Below are positions 46,257 to 56,449 of a DNA stretch of 64,000 nucleotides, piece by piece. Location of the stretch: contig CBDHHL010000014.1 of the NCBI GenBank assembly GCA_965263355.1, positions 1 through 64,000 on the forward strand. The letters are read 5' to 3'. The position numbers and the translations under genes were made by a program. The notes beneath the pieces were generated by a model. The model made no database searches. It saw nothing but the letters and a program-made list of their open reading frames with translations, and was not told the origin of the DNA. The stretch is from Leptolyngbyaceae cyanobacterium (lineage in GTDB: Bacteria > Cyanobacteriota > Cyanobacteriia > Phormidesmidales > Phormidesmidaceae). Position 1 is the first letter of the stretch, and every line of letters starts with the position of its first letter.

Positions 46257-47156
46257 TTAAATACTCAGTCTCATGTTCCCAGCCTCGTCCCAGACCCCAG
46301 AGAAACTATGGTTGCCCTGATGATCTCGGGAACTTTGCTCGCAAGCATTCCAAAGCCACAAATCAGCGCCATGATGTTCGCATCTGGCGCTGATTTCTTT
46401 ATATATCTGGGTTTGTGCTTTTCTGACAATTGGCAAGTCAACTGTAGACAGCGCTGACGTTTCAAGCGCAACCTTAAGCCCAGCGCTTTGCAGTTCTCGC
46501 CAGAATGGGGGGAGATAGTTTAGTCGCATTAGCGAAACTGTTCCCATGGCTGAAATTTTCATCCATTGCACAGGGCCAACCTGCTCAGGGATTTCAGATT
46601 TTGCCTGATACAGGCTAATATAATCAGCTCCGATAAATCCTGAGGCAATACCTTGCAAATCTTCGAGCCGGGTTACGATCCCATCGCGATCGCTTTGCTG
46701 ACGGATTCTATGCGATGAAATCCAAAGTTCAAGCTCTGGATAGTCAGCATGGATGGCCTTGTAAAAGGCAATTATCTCTGCCCAAAGATCGGTGTCACCA
46801 CATAGGGTTAGCTCGCCTGCCAAGGTTATTTTTTTAGCGCCTCGACTGACACAGTGATCAACAATTGGTCTGGCTAGATTGTTAACATGTCCTTTTAATG
46901 TTAACGAGTCGCGGCCTTTTAGCTCAGGATAGCGACAGACAATTGGGTGAATATGAATGTCTAAGCCCGCAGCCTGATCAAGTTGTTTGTCCAACTCACT
47001 GAAGTCTGGGTTAGTGCCAAAAACGCCAACATCAGCAACGATTGAAAGGCCATAGATCTTTCTGAAATCAGCCGAGATCACAGGCTTGATGCCATTGTTT
47101 CTGATTACTTGTTGAGTAGTCAGTTTGTCAGGAGGAAATTGAGAATAAAGTTGCAT
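46257..47156 (-). CDS. glycoside-hydrolase-like (GH10/clan A TIM barrel) protein at the end of the tail operon
   Basis: PDFSELDKQLDQAAGLDIHIHPIV, LAGEL, ELWIS and ALETS resemble GH10 strands; divergent. Confidence 0.5.
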   Translation of the reverse strand: MQLYSQFPPDKLTTQQVIRNNGIKPVISADFRKIYGLSIVADVGVFGTNPDFSELDKQLDQAAGLDIHIHPIVCRYPELKGRDSLTLKGHVNNLARPIVDHCVSRGAKKITLAGELTLCGDTDLWAEIIAFYKAIHADYPELELWISSHRIRQQSDRDGIVTRLEDLQGIASGFIGADYISLYQAKSEIPEQVGPVQWMKISAMGTVSLMRLNYLPPFWRELQSAGLKVALETSALSTVDLPIVRKAQTQIYKEISARCEHHGADLWLWNACEQSSRDHQGNHSFSGVWDEAGNMRLSI

Positions 47157-47159
47157 AAT

Positions 47160-48143
47160 TTAGGGCGGCAGTGGAGAACAAAGATTTCCGTTAAACCCTT
47201 CGTCATCGTCGCATTGACTATTAAAGAAGTCATCAGCGCAGCCAGGACAACAGGTCGCCAATAGCCAATCACTTAATTGATCCGACCAAATATAAACGCA
47301 AGGCGTCCCATCCTCCTGATATATGGTAACCATGTCTCCCCTGATAAACGAGTTCGGGTCAGACGACGGAACCCCTTGGAAAAAGTTTTTTGAACCGGAA
47401 GTCCGCCAGGTCGTATTAGCTAGATCATAAGTCCACAAGCGATCAACCACAGTATCGTGATGCCCTTCCCCATTAACAGTACCTGGTGGAGCTGGCGTAG
47501 TTGGCGGCCCTGCGACATAGTTAATAGTTGCGCCGCCCCCACCACCAACAGGCCGCCATACGTCAGCAGCTTGGTCATAAATAGATAAAGAATTATCAAT
47601 CGTGTTGTAGTGCAGCTGGCCATTGACTGTTCCTGACGAGATCGGGCCATTGGGTTCAAACGCGACAACTACTCCGCCGGAAGCCAGCTTTACAAACTGG
47701 CCAATTTTTTGTATCCAAACATAAGCATTAGCTTCGTTATAGTTGCCTTGAATGCCAGTTTGTTCAAGCCACAAATCACCGTTGGCCCCAAAATCACTGC
47801 CCTGAGTAGGCGGCCTAAGAGGATATCTAACTTGTGGTTGAGTTTGACTAACAGGCTGGTTAACCGTTTCCGTACTGCTTCCTAATAGCTCTAGCTGCCC
47901 CCCGGTCGATAACTGCCGAGACTGCCCGATCGCTGGTTGCCGTGAAAGTTTTTGAACAGTAGATCTAGGAACTGTGAGAGAACCACCTGATTCTGTTCTA
48001 AGTGTGATTCCTTCAGCGCTGCTACCCGACACCGTGCCAGTAATAGTTGCAGCACCGATTCTTGCTTCAACCATTTGAGATTGAATGCGTTGAGTCGTGC
48101 GTTGCTTATTCCGGCTGGCTAATCTTTGGGTTAGGGCGGTCAT
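47160..48143 (-). CDS. tail tip/fibre protein
   Basis: Repeated G..H..T...L..YD....WR modules; position in the tail operon. Confidence 0.65.
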   Translation of the reverse strand: MTALTQRLASRNKQRTTQRIQSQMVEARIGAATITGTVSGSSAEGITLRTESGGSLTVPRSTVQKLSRQPAIGQSRQLSTGGQLELLGSSTETVNQPVSQTQPQVRYPLRPPTQGSDFGANGDLWLEQTGIQGNYNEANAYVWIQKIGQFVKLASGGVVVAFEPNGPISSGTVNGQLHYNTIDNSLSIYDQAADVWRPVGGGGGATINYVAGPPTTPAPPGTVNGEGHHDTVVDRLWTYDLANTTWRTSGSKNFFQGVPSSDPNSFIRGDMVTIYQEDGTPCVYIWSDQLSDWLLATCCPGCADDFFNSQCDDDEGFNGNLCSPLPP

Positions 48144-48145
48144 GG

Positions 48146-48517
48146 CTAACTAGCTGGCATTACAGACGTAGCAGAAAGGAGATAATTAATCCCACTAGTA
48201 ATTGATTGGGTAGCGTCTAAAGTGCCTGATCTTCTTACGGTTCCATCTTTATCTTTAATTCTATACTCAGCAGCTGTCCCAGTAGCTGATGCTATCGCAC
48301 TAATCGGCTGTCCTGTTAATTCGGCTGTTCCGGCTGTTGTGCTGCCAGCTGTAGTAAATGGGTTCGTTCCATCCAGATTCCAAACTACAAGCACAGTGCC
48401 AAAGCCAGTGGTCCCGTATTCATAGGTAGCATTGGCCCCAGCCCCATCATTTAATTCAATATTCACCGCTTGCAATGCAGCGTTTCGAGTATCTGTATCA
48501 ATTGTTGAAGTTGGCAT
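48146..48517 (-). CDS. virion structural protein
   Basis: ATGTAAEYRIKDKDG motif, Thr/Gly-rich; tail operon. Confidence 0.65.
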   Translation of the reverse strand: MPTSTIDTDTRNAALQAVNIELNDGAGANATYEYGTTGFGTVLVVWNLDGTNPFTTAGSTTAGTAELTGQPISAIASATGTAAEYRIKDKDGTVRRSGTLDATQSITSGINYLLSATSVMPAS

Positions 48518-48520
48518 GAC

Positions 48521-48850
48521 TTAACCTAAAACTATACAACTAACTTTTTGAACGTTCGGGTTTGCTCCCGCACCCCCGCTAGACTCTCGCCAAACTCGAA
48601 ATGTTGTTGAGCTTATCGATTGAGCGCCATGAGCATAGTTTAACGAAGCTCCTGACGATGGATCGGCATTAGCAAAGCACGGATAATCAGCCGAGGCTTG
48701 AGCCGAATCTAGGGTGATTAACCATTGACCTGTTGCTTCCCTCACGATACCCCCTGGGCTGATGCCATCTAAAAACAACTCAGTGATGGTCGTTCCATCG
48801 TCAGTAAATACGCATGATGCCACTGCTGTTGTCGCCACAATTACCCCCAA
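48521..48850 (-). CDS. stand-alone paralog of the C-terminal domain of the upstream tail protein
   Basis: VFTDDGTTITELFLDG...GAGANPN shared with the 882-aa protein. Confidence 0.7.
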   Translation of the reverse strand: MGVIVATTAVASCVFTDDGTTITELFLDGISPGGIVREATGQWLITLDSAQASADYPCFANADPSSGASLNYAHGAQSISSTTFRVWRESSGGAGANPNVQKVSCIVLG

Positions 48851-51489
48851 ACTGCAAAACTAACTTTTTGGATATTTGGATTTGCCCCAGCTCCTGACCT
48901 TGACTCTCGCCAAACCCTCAATGTTGTTGTACTAACTGATTGAGCGCCATGAGAATAATTAATAGAAGCCCCTGACGATGGATCAGCGCTCGCGATCGCG
49001 ATAAAGTCAGCTGATGACATTGCCGATGCCAACGTAACTAACCATCGACCCGTTGCCTCCCTAGTAATGCCACCAGCGTTAACCCCGTCTAGGAATAACT
49101 CAGTGATGGTCGTTCCATCGTCAGTAAATACGCCTGATGCAATAGCCGTTAAGCCTGTAGCGTTTGCATCGACAGCAACTGGGTTATCTTGAATTGCTGG
49201 TAAGTTTTCAGTGTTGGTTGCGGCTTCGGCAACTGACGGGTTGTCTTGAATTGCTGGTAAGTTTTCAGTGTCGCTAACCGGGATAGGCGAATTATCAACA
49301 GCGACTGGATTGTCTTGAATTGCTGGTAAGTCTTCAGCATTACTAACCGGTGTTGGTGCCGTACTTGTAGCGACCGGATTATCTTGAATTGCTGGCAATT
49401 CTTCTGCATTGCTAGCAACGCCACTATCTGCAGCCGCTACCGGGTTATCTTGAATCGCTGGCAAGTCTTCAATGATATTAATCGGGACTGATATTTCTAT
49501 TGGAGGGGTTATTACATCCGGAGTAACCCCAACCTGACCAATCAACCCAAAATTACAACCAAATAAAGTCTCAGTTAAATTTGACGAGATGCTAAAACCG
49601 TTCAAAAAATAAGCTTCAATATTTCCATCGACAGTCACATCAACCCTCGATACCGGGTCAAACGCAGTAAATAATTCTGTCGGGATTGCTCCAATAAATG
49701 AACGGCCCAGGCTCAATCCGTGTTGCCATTTCGCGGCCCATTCTGCTAGATCATTGCATTGAATATCGCTCACAATTACGTCAGCATTAACCCGGATTGC
49801 TCCCTCTTTCCATTTGTGGGCATTCCCAGAGATTGGCTGGACCGTAACTGACCCCGTAAATTCTTGGTGTTCCTCTGTGTAAATGCTTTCCTGATATTCA
49901 ATATCTGGTGGCCTCGTTGAACCGTCACTGGCCTGCAAGGTGAAGGTCAGATCAGGATCTGGATTGTTCACCAGGGTCTCAGGATTGGCCCCCGTATAAT
50001 TTTTGAAGATTACGCCCCTAGGCTGCTGAGTAACTTGCTCAACACGCCACGCCTCAATGGCAGGATCTCCACTAACGTCCAGTACTCTAGTCCAGGTAGT
50101 CGTTTGAATTGAATAATCACGCTCTAAAAAGCGATTTAATTCATAGTTGGTAGGTGTTTTTTCGCCCCATTCCCAGAGGCACCATGGCCGACGTTCTGTG
50201 ATAGTTCTCGAGCTGACTACGCCTAAAATATTGTCGTAAGTGTAGGTCGTGGTCGTTCGACTGTTGTCAAGTAGTGTCAGTGCCGAGCTATTTTCTTCCT
50301 CACTAAACGCATCGCCACCACTAAGCCCCCGTGCTTTGCGAATTAGCTCAACTGTTTCAGTCAGTCGTTTAGTAATTCCGTTATATCGATGGGTAATCGA
50401 GCTGTCTTCAGAATCCTGCAGACCATTGTTCGTATTGTCAGTATCTGTCAATAGAGTCGGCACAACGCCAGAGTTATCCGTAGTGATAACCCTAGGCTGT
50501 ATCTGTAATTCAGCTTGGCGTTCTACATACGTAATTACTGTCTGAGGTGCGCCCCCAACTGGCGTTATCGTTTTAGTCTCAGTGCTAGTCAGAGACGTAT
50601 AGCCTGGACCGGGCACAGTACGAACGATTACGCTAGGATTTTCAATCTCTTGAGCAAGGTCGGAACCGCCCGTTACTGTTAATTCCCCCGGCGGTCGTTC
50701 TTCAAGATTGACGGGTTCCCATCCGTTCTCGCCAACTTCGTCTCCTCCAATGCCGATAGTTAGGCTAAAATCTGGTGCTGTTTTGAGTGTAAAGTCAGCT
50801 GAAGTAAGTTTTAATTCTTCAGCAGCATCAAGCCAAACAACATACTTTTGAGCTGCTGCTATTTCCCCAATCTCACGCACTGTTGACCGGGTAGATTTTT
50901 TCTGGACAGCTGTATTGACTGAATAACCGCCCGCGATCGTATCTGACGATGTTGGGATGCCTATCTGAGTCGCGATATTACGAATTAACGTTGTGGGCGT
51001 TGTGGTTGTTCCCTGGGTAATTCCTGAATAATTATTCTCTGGGGTAAATAAGTCTAGTGATTTCCCAAGATCCCCTAAGTCAATCGTAATCTGGGCTTGG
51101 GATTCACTTGTGGGAATTTCTATCCTAGGGGATGCTTCCCTCAAGATATAAAACGGTGGCCAAAATCTTTCAAAAGCTGCCCCCGTCCACATGCTCAGTG
51201 TAATCCGGTTTCCCATGGCCAACACTTCAGCCCCCGACGGGTTAGAGGCAGTATCGCGGTTATCAAGACTAACTGTTGTGGACAATTCTGGACTTAATAC
51301 AATGCTGCCTTCCCATGCCAGCCAACCGTTTAGCCTATTTCCCGATCTCAGTTCGGAAAAATCGATATCGACGCTAATCAAAGCGTCAGAAATATCATGC
51401 GGGCCACTGATTACAGCCCGATTAGCGTCTAAAATTTCGAGGCTTGCTGTCCAGTCCCTATCTTGAGCGTCAATAGTGAAAGAGGTCAT
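48841..51489 (-). CDS. tail/baseplate hub-like protein with LPAIQDNP repeats
   Basis: 882 aa, two genes downstream of the tape measure; five ExLPAIQDNP repeats. Confidence 0.75.
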   Translation of the reverse strand: MTSFTIDAQDRDWTASLEILDANRAVISGPHDISDALISVDIDFSELRSGNRLNGWLAWEGSIVLSPELSTTVSLDNRDTASNPSGAEVLAMGNRITLSMWTGAAFERFWPPFYILREASPRIEIPTSESQAQITIDLGDLGKSLDLFTPENNYSGITQGTTTTPTTLIRNIATQIGIPTSSDTIAGGYSVNTAVQKKSTRSTVREIGEIAAAQKYVVWLDAAEELKLTSADFTLKTAPDFSLTIGIGGDEVGENGWEPVNLEERPPGELTVTGGSDLAQEIENPSVIVRTVPGPGYTSLTSTETKTITPVGGAPQTVITYVERQAELQIQPRVITTDNSGVVPTLLTDTDNTNNGLQDSEDSSITHRYNGITKRLTETVELIRKARGLSGGDAFSEEENSSALTLLDNSRTTTTYTYDNILGVVSSRTITERRPWCLWEWGEKTPTNYELNRFLERDYSIQTTTWTRVLDVSGDPAIEAWRVEQVTQQPRGVIFKNYTGANPETLVNNPDPDLTFTLQASDGSTRPPDIEYQESIYTEEHQEFTGSVTVQPISGNAHKWKEGAIRVNADVIVSDIQCNDLAEWAAKWQHGLSLGRSFIGAIPTELFTAFDPVSRVDVTVDGNIEAYFLNGFSISSNLTETLFGCNFGLIGQVGVTPDVITPPIEISVPINIIEDLPAIQDNPVAAADSGVASNAEELPAIQDNPVATSTAPTPVSNAEDLPAIQDNPVAVDNSPIPVSDTENLPAIQDNPSVAEAATNTENLPAIQDNPVAVDANATGLTAIASGVFTDDGTTITELFLDGVNAGGITREATGRWLVTLASAMSSADFIAIASADPSSGASINYSHGAQSVSTTTLRVWRESRSGAGANPNIQKVSFAVWG
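49170..49470 (-). repeat. five intragenic ExLPAIQDNP repeats
   Basis: Plus-strand TCTTGAATTGCTGG-type units spaced about 57-69 nt apart. Confidence 0.85.
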
Positions 51490-51977
51490 GCCACGATAAC
51501 CCCCGATTCTGTAAACTGAAACTGAGCTACACGAACTCCATCAGCTTTCTCACTGTATTCAAACCCTCGTTGGTTTGTTGGCTCGGCTTGCCATTGGGGA
51601 TAGTAGCAAATTGTATTAGCGTCAGCTGCTACTGTGCTATTGGGCGCGATCGCTCTGGTGTTCGTCGTCCCATTCTCAGCCCAGTAATTTGTATAGTCAT
51701 AGATGACCCATGGGCTAGGGTTGCCCCAATAAGCAGCTTCCATTCGAATTAAAATTTCTTGCTGGTCAAGGGTTAGGCAACCAACAAAATTCCAAATAGC
51801 AAATCTAGTTAAAGCCCCCGTCCTAGCTGCTGCCCCCCGTTTACTACGAACAATCCCTTTATAACGACCATCAACCCGTGGGAACTGACCAGGGTAACGG
51901 CCAAACAAAGTGATAGCTAGGCTGTAATCGGCATGATTTAGAACGATTCCCCGTTCTGTAGTGGTAGGCAGGGCCAT
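51486..51977 (-). CDS. distal tail protein-like
   Basis: Immediately downstream of the tape measure; ends in QFQFTE; typical size. Confidence 0.6.
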   Translation of the reverse strand: MALPTTTERGIVLNHADYSLAITLFGRYPGQFPRVDGRYKGIVRSKRGAAARTGALTRFAIWNFVGCLTLDQQEILIRMEAAYWGNPSPWVIYDYTNYWAENGTTNTRAIAPNSTVAADANTICYYPQWQAEPTNQRGFEYSEKADGVRVAQFQFTESGVIVA

Positions 51978-54900
51978 TAGATAACTCCCTCCGCAATCTG
52001 TTGTTGCCGGGTTAGATCGGCTGTAATTTGGGCGGCATCAGCGATCGGGTCAGGAGTCGATACGGTTAGATTTTCTATGCCAGTGGGCAAGGTCTCTGGC
52101 AAAGCAGTAACAGCGTCTCTAACTTCCTCTAACTTGGTTGTCAGCTGTTCTATCTGAGTATCGGCTAATAAAATTTCTTGCTGAGCTTCAGCAAATGCAT
52201 TAACTCCACCAAGCCCTAAACTATCCAAAATGCTTTGAGCAAATGGATTTTGGCTATCTGAAAAATTAAAAGCTTCCTCTACTGTAAATCCGTCGCCGGA
52301 ACGTGCTAGCCGCTGGGCCTGATTAATTCCTGACTGCAACTGTGACGCAGTTTCACTATCAATTGCGCCTGCTCGTCTGGCTGAACGTAAATTATCTTCA
52401 AGCTGGTTCAAGTCTTCTAATGCCTGCTCAGCGCCGACATCTTCTAGGCCGCTTAATGACGAAACAATCGAATCAATAGCACTCTGCCGTCGTTCCGTCT
52501 CATCGGCAATATCACTTTCTAAGTCTTTTTGCTCGTCTAGTAAATCAGTTTGGCGTTCAATTAATGATTCAATGCCCTCCAATCTCCGCTCTCTGATTGC
52601 CTCAGCTTCAGCGGTTTCAGCTAAGATGCTTTGTTCTTCTTCTTGAGCGTCTAAAATACTCAGTTGAACATCTAAATTTGCCCTAGCAGATTCAATTCCT
52701 TGCGCCCTAAGTTCAACAATCGACTGAAGCCCATTAAGTTCCTCTGTCGATATTCCCTGGCTCGAACGGGCTCTATCTACTGCAATCTGGGCTTCATCAC
52801 GGGCAATCTGAGCTAACGTTATTTGTCTCTGACCATCAAGCGTTACTATTTGCCGTTGGATAGCAATCTGTTGCTGTTGGGCTTGGGTGCCTGCTCGGAT
52901 TGATTGCAACTGATTAAGCAATAGCCGATCTCTGGCTTCCTCAATTGCTGCAAAGTTTTCAGTTGCCTCTGCTTGAGCCAATTGAGCACTAATTAATTGA
53001 GCCGCTGAATCAATTCTTGCAGCATCAACATTAGCTAAAGCCTGGGATATTGATAATTGATTTTCTAAACCAGAATTATCAACCTCAAACTGCAAATTTG
53101 TTTGTTCGGATGCCAGGGCATTTAACCGCTCTCTGGCTGATAGCTCTTCTTCAATCCGTTCTCTAACAGCATCAGCAGCGGCTTGTTCAGCTGCGATCTG
53201 CTGCTCAATCGCCTGCACTGACAATTCAGCAGACTCCTGTTTAGCAGTGACCAACCGTTGCTCAGCTTCCTCAGCTGTAATAATGCCATCGGCTCTTAGT
53301 TGATTGATTTGATCGATTTCATCTTGAGCAATCTGGATTCGCTGCTGAGCAAAGTCAGCTTGAATATCACGAATAGCCGAATCTGCATTGCTTTCGGCTG
53401 TTGGATCTTCAGGGCCAGCTGCCAATTGAGCCTGACGAATATCATTAATCTGTTCAGCTTCTTGAGCTGCTAATCTTGCCAGGGCAGCAGACTGAGTATC
53501 CTCCAATGCCTGCAACGATTCTTCCCTGATCTGTTCTTTTCTCCGTTCAGATAATTCAACGCCATTGGCTTCAATATCTCCCAACTGGCCAGCTAATGCC
53601 TGGGCTGCTGCCAACTGTTCCTCTCTGCTATTTTGGCCAGCATCAGAAGATAATCTACTTCCGGCATTCACTAACGCCTGAACGCCCTCAGCACCAGCAT
53701 CAGTGATTACAGCTGGTTGGACTGCCTCAGCTGTTAAAAATCCTAACTGTTCCCGCAATAATTGAACTGTATTAGTGACCCCGGTAAAGGCTAGGCCTAT
53801 CGCGCCAATAGCTGGGCCTAAGGTGCCAAACTGATTTATTAAATCGCCAACCAAGGAAAAGCGATCTAAAAATTCAGTGACCGGATTTACTAAACCGGAT
53901 ATTGAATCTCTAACCTGAATTGCAACCGGGACAATCCCTTCAAGAATTAATGAAAATTGCCCAATTGCCTCAGCTGGGCCATCGCCTATCGTGTCAGAAT
54001 ATGCGGCTGATAGTACAGTAAACGCCTCAGCAGCAACGCCCGCAATTCTTAAAGTTCCACCCAGGACAGTTCCAAGATTTTCAATTGATTGGCCAAATCT
54101 ATCAAGATTTTCAGGATCACTCAATATATTAGATAGCGAATCAATCAGGCTAGCTGCCCCCGCATCAACTGAATCAAATAAGCTACGAAGGCTAGCTGAT
54201 AAAACGTCGACAACTTCAGACCCGTCAACAGCCTCCAATAGTGCCTCGACTGAAGCCGCTGTGTCCCCAAAAGCATCACCGTCTTCAATGGCAGCATTAA
54301 TTGACGCGGTTAATGTTCTAACGCCCGCCTCTATACCTGGTGTCAGTGCCAAACCAAGATCGGTTCCGGCAGTGGTCAGGGTTCCTTGCAGTCGATTAAC
54401 CGCCGCAGCAACGCCCTGATTTAGATTGTCTGCAGCTTCACCGGATGCGCCGAAACCCTGTTCAAGTTCATCAGTTTTTGCGATTACATCGTCTAAACCT
54501 TGCAATAACAACCCTATCTGTGAAGCACTTCTGCCACCAAAAATATCTTGTAAAGCTGTAAATCGATCTTCTTCACTTAGCGGCTCAAGTGCATCTCTAA
54601 GATCCACTAATGTGTCTGTAAATGCGGTCGGGCCTTGATTATCAAAGAATGAAACGTTTAGCTTATCTAAGGCATCCCGTGCTGTATCAGTCCTGCCTCT
54701 TAAACCATCCAGGGCATTCCTGGTTGCAGTCGCGGCAACTTCAGGAGTGGCTGTCTCGGAGAATTTAGCAAATGTTGCCAATAATGTTGACGCGCTAACA
54801 TCAGCATCGACAAACGAACCGCCCGCTTTACCAAATGCCTGCAAAATGCCTTCAGCCGATGTAACTGCTGTTGTATTGGCAAGTAGCGTGATTTTATCGG

Positions 54901-56449
54901 CCAAAGCATCGGCAGACTCGTTAAAAATATTTGTTCCTGCCTGAATAGCTTTAGCAGTCGCATCAATATTAGTAAAACCAGTTCCTTCTAGTGCAGCTAC
55001 AACGCCTGCAACATTATCACCAACCTCAGTGACTTCACCACCTAATTCGACCATTCGAGTAGCGATGCGCGCCACTTCTTCAGGCGTTTTACTGGTTTCA
55101 ATTCCTAATCGTCTAGACTCTTCAGTAACTGCGGCGATCGCTTCCTCAGCTCCACCCGCACGAGCGCTAAACGTAACTAATGCCTGCTCAAAGCCAACTG
55201 CATTTTGAACAGTTGAAAGCCCTGCTCTGATGCCCCCTCCAATAGCGTTAGCTAGAGTATCAAAAACTCTTTGGCCAATCCCCTGGAAAATTCCTTGAAC
55301 AATTCCGCTACTATTCCGGATGCCACTAAGATCTAGATTGGGCGATATTGTGGGAGAACTTAATTGTCTTAGTTCCCTGTTAATTTGCCGTAATGCCTGC
55401 CTAGCGTTCCCGCCCCCTAATGCCTCTAACCGTCTATCGAGAGTACGGATCTGTTCAGTTGCGTTGTCGGCATCGACATTTAATCGAACTCGTTTATCGT
55501 CAAGCGTACCGAGCTGAGTCTGAATCTGCCTAATGCGTGGTTCAGCTTGGCGTGTATCAGCCTCTAGCCGAAGTCGTCGTGATTGAATTCTGCCGATCCT
55601 ATCTTCTATCTGCAGAATTTGATTCTGTAACGTGCTATCGGTTTCTAGCTTAATTCGCTCATTGCTTAATTGCTGGATTCGCTGATCCAGCAAATTAAGT
55701 GCTTGGTTACTGGTGGATGGGTTTAGCTCTAAATTTATTCGAGTATTTCTAAGCCGTTCTATCGTTTGCTCGATAGTATTTATTTCTTCAGTGCGAGCAT
55801 CAATCTTTAGCTGGATATCAGAACGATTACGCTGAAGTTCAGTAACTTGAGCGTCTAAATTCCGAATTGTTGCTTCAGCTGCTCTAGAATTTGCTCGAAT
55901 CTGAATCTCTTTGTCACGCAGTTGTTGAATTCTGGCATCAACCGCCGCAATCTGATTTTGAATATTTCGAGCATTAACTTCTAGGTTAATCCTCTCACGA
56001 CTCAATCCATCAACAGCCTGTTGAACCGTTGCAAACCCACGCCTTAACTCCTGAACATTACGCTGGGCAGCATTCGTATTGACAGTTACTGGAATATTTG
56101 ATTGGGCTCTTAGCTGAGTCAGTGACTGAGCGATCGCGTCAGCTTGAGCAGCACTACGCCCAAAGTCAACACTTGCCTGAGTTCTGTTGATAGCTTCTAA
56201 CTGTTGTCTAAGCTGGGTTATCTCTCTAGTAATTGAATCGTCAAGATTAACATCCAGCCGAACATTATCAGCATTACTAAGCTGCTGTCTAATATCACTG
56301 ATGCCACGAATAACAGTCTCATCATTCAGCCTGACATCAATAGCAAGGTCATCAACCCGGTTGAACCGTGTCCGCAAGTCAGCGATCGCAGCCGTAATAC
56401 TCGACTCCGAAAATTCAACTGCGAATTCAACCGAACCAGCTTGAACCAC
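51977..56449 (-). CDS. phage tail tape measure protein (TP901-like)
   Basis: 1490-aa Ala/Gln-rich helical protein; FEQAL...LGIETSKTPEEVA...ATATRNAL...DIFG TMP core. Confidence 0.92.
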   Translation of the reverse strand: MVQAGSVEFAVEFSESSITAAIADLRTRFNRVDDLAIDVRLNDETVIRGISDIRQQLSNADNVRLDVNLDDSITREITQLRQQLEAINRTQASVDFGRSAAQADAIAQSLTQLRAQSNIPVTVNTNAAQRNVQELRRGFATVQQAVDGLSRERINLEVNARNIQNQIAAVDARIQQLRDKEIQIRANSRAAEATIRNLDAQVTELQRNRSDIQLKIDARTEEINTIEQTIERLRNTRINLELNPSTSNQALNLLDQRIQQLSNERIKLETDSTLQNQILQIEDRIGRIQSRRLRLEADTRQAEPRIRQIQTQLGTLDDKRVRLNVDADNATEQIRTLDRRLEALGGGNARQALRQINRELRQLSSPTISPNLDLSGIRNSSGIVQGIFQGIGQRVFDTLANAIGGGIRAGLSTVQNAVGFEQALVTFSARAGGAEEAIAAVTEESRRLGIETSKTPEEVARIATRMVELGGEVTEVGDNVAGVVAALEGTGFTNIDATAKAIQAGTNIFNESADALADKITLLANTTAVTSAEGILQAFGKAGGSFVDADVSASTLLATFAKFSETATPEVAATATRNALDGLRGRTDTARDALDKLNVSFFDNQGPTAFTDTLVDLRDALEPLSEEDRFTALQDIFGGRSASQIGLLLQGLDDVIAKTDELEQGFGASGEAADNLNQGVAAAVNRLQGTLTTAGTDLGLALTPGIEAGVRTLTASINAAIEDGDAFGDTAASVEALLEAVDGSEVVDVLSASLRSLFDSVDAGAASLIDSLSNILSDPENLDRFGQSIENLGTVLGGTLRIAGVAAEAFTVLSAAYSDTIGDGPAEAIGQFSLILEGIVPVAIQVRDSISGLVNPVTEFLDRFSLVGDLINQFGTLGPAIGAIGLAFTGVTNTVQLLREQLGFLTAEAVQPAVITDAGAEGVQALVNAGSRLSSDAGQNSREEQLAAAQALAGQLGDIEANGVELSERRKEQIREESLQALEDTQSAALARLAAQEAEQINDIRQAQLAAGPEDPTAESNADSAIRDIQADFAQQRIQIAQDEIDQINQLRADGIITAEEAEQRLVTAKQESAELSVQAIEQQIAAEQAAADAVRERIEEELSARERLNALASEQTNLQFEVDNSGLENQLSISQALANVDAARIDSAAQLISAQLAQAEATENFAAIEEARDRLLLNQLQSIRAGTQAQQQQIAIQRQIVTLDGQRQITLAQIARDEAQIAVDRARSSQGISTEELNGLQSIVELRAQGIESARANLDVQLSILDAQEEEQSILAETAEAEAIRERRLEGIESLIERQTDLLDEQKDLESDIADETERRQSAIDSIVSSLSGLEDVGAEQALEDLNQLEDNLRSARRAGAIDSETASQLQSGINQAQRLARSGDGFTVEEAFNFSDSQNPFAQSILDSLGLGGVNAFAEAQQEILLADTQIEQLTTKLEEVRDAVTALPETLPTGIENLTVSTPDPIADAAQITADLTRQQQIAEGVI

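Noticed and set aside
48521..49150. Possible DGR template/variable repeat pair
   Set aside because: Differences involve all four bases and many are synonymous, not adenine-specific; no reverse transcriptase in the window
53991..56444. Several plus-strand ORFs opposite the tape measure, and similar shadows opposite tnpB, primase and helicase
   Set aside because: Antisense shadows of long, well-supported genes
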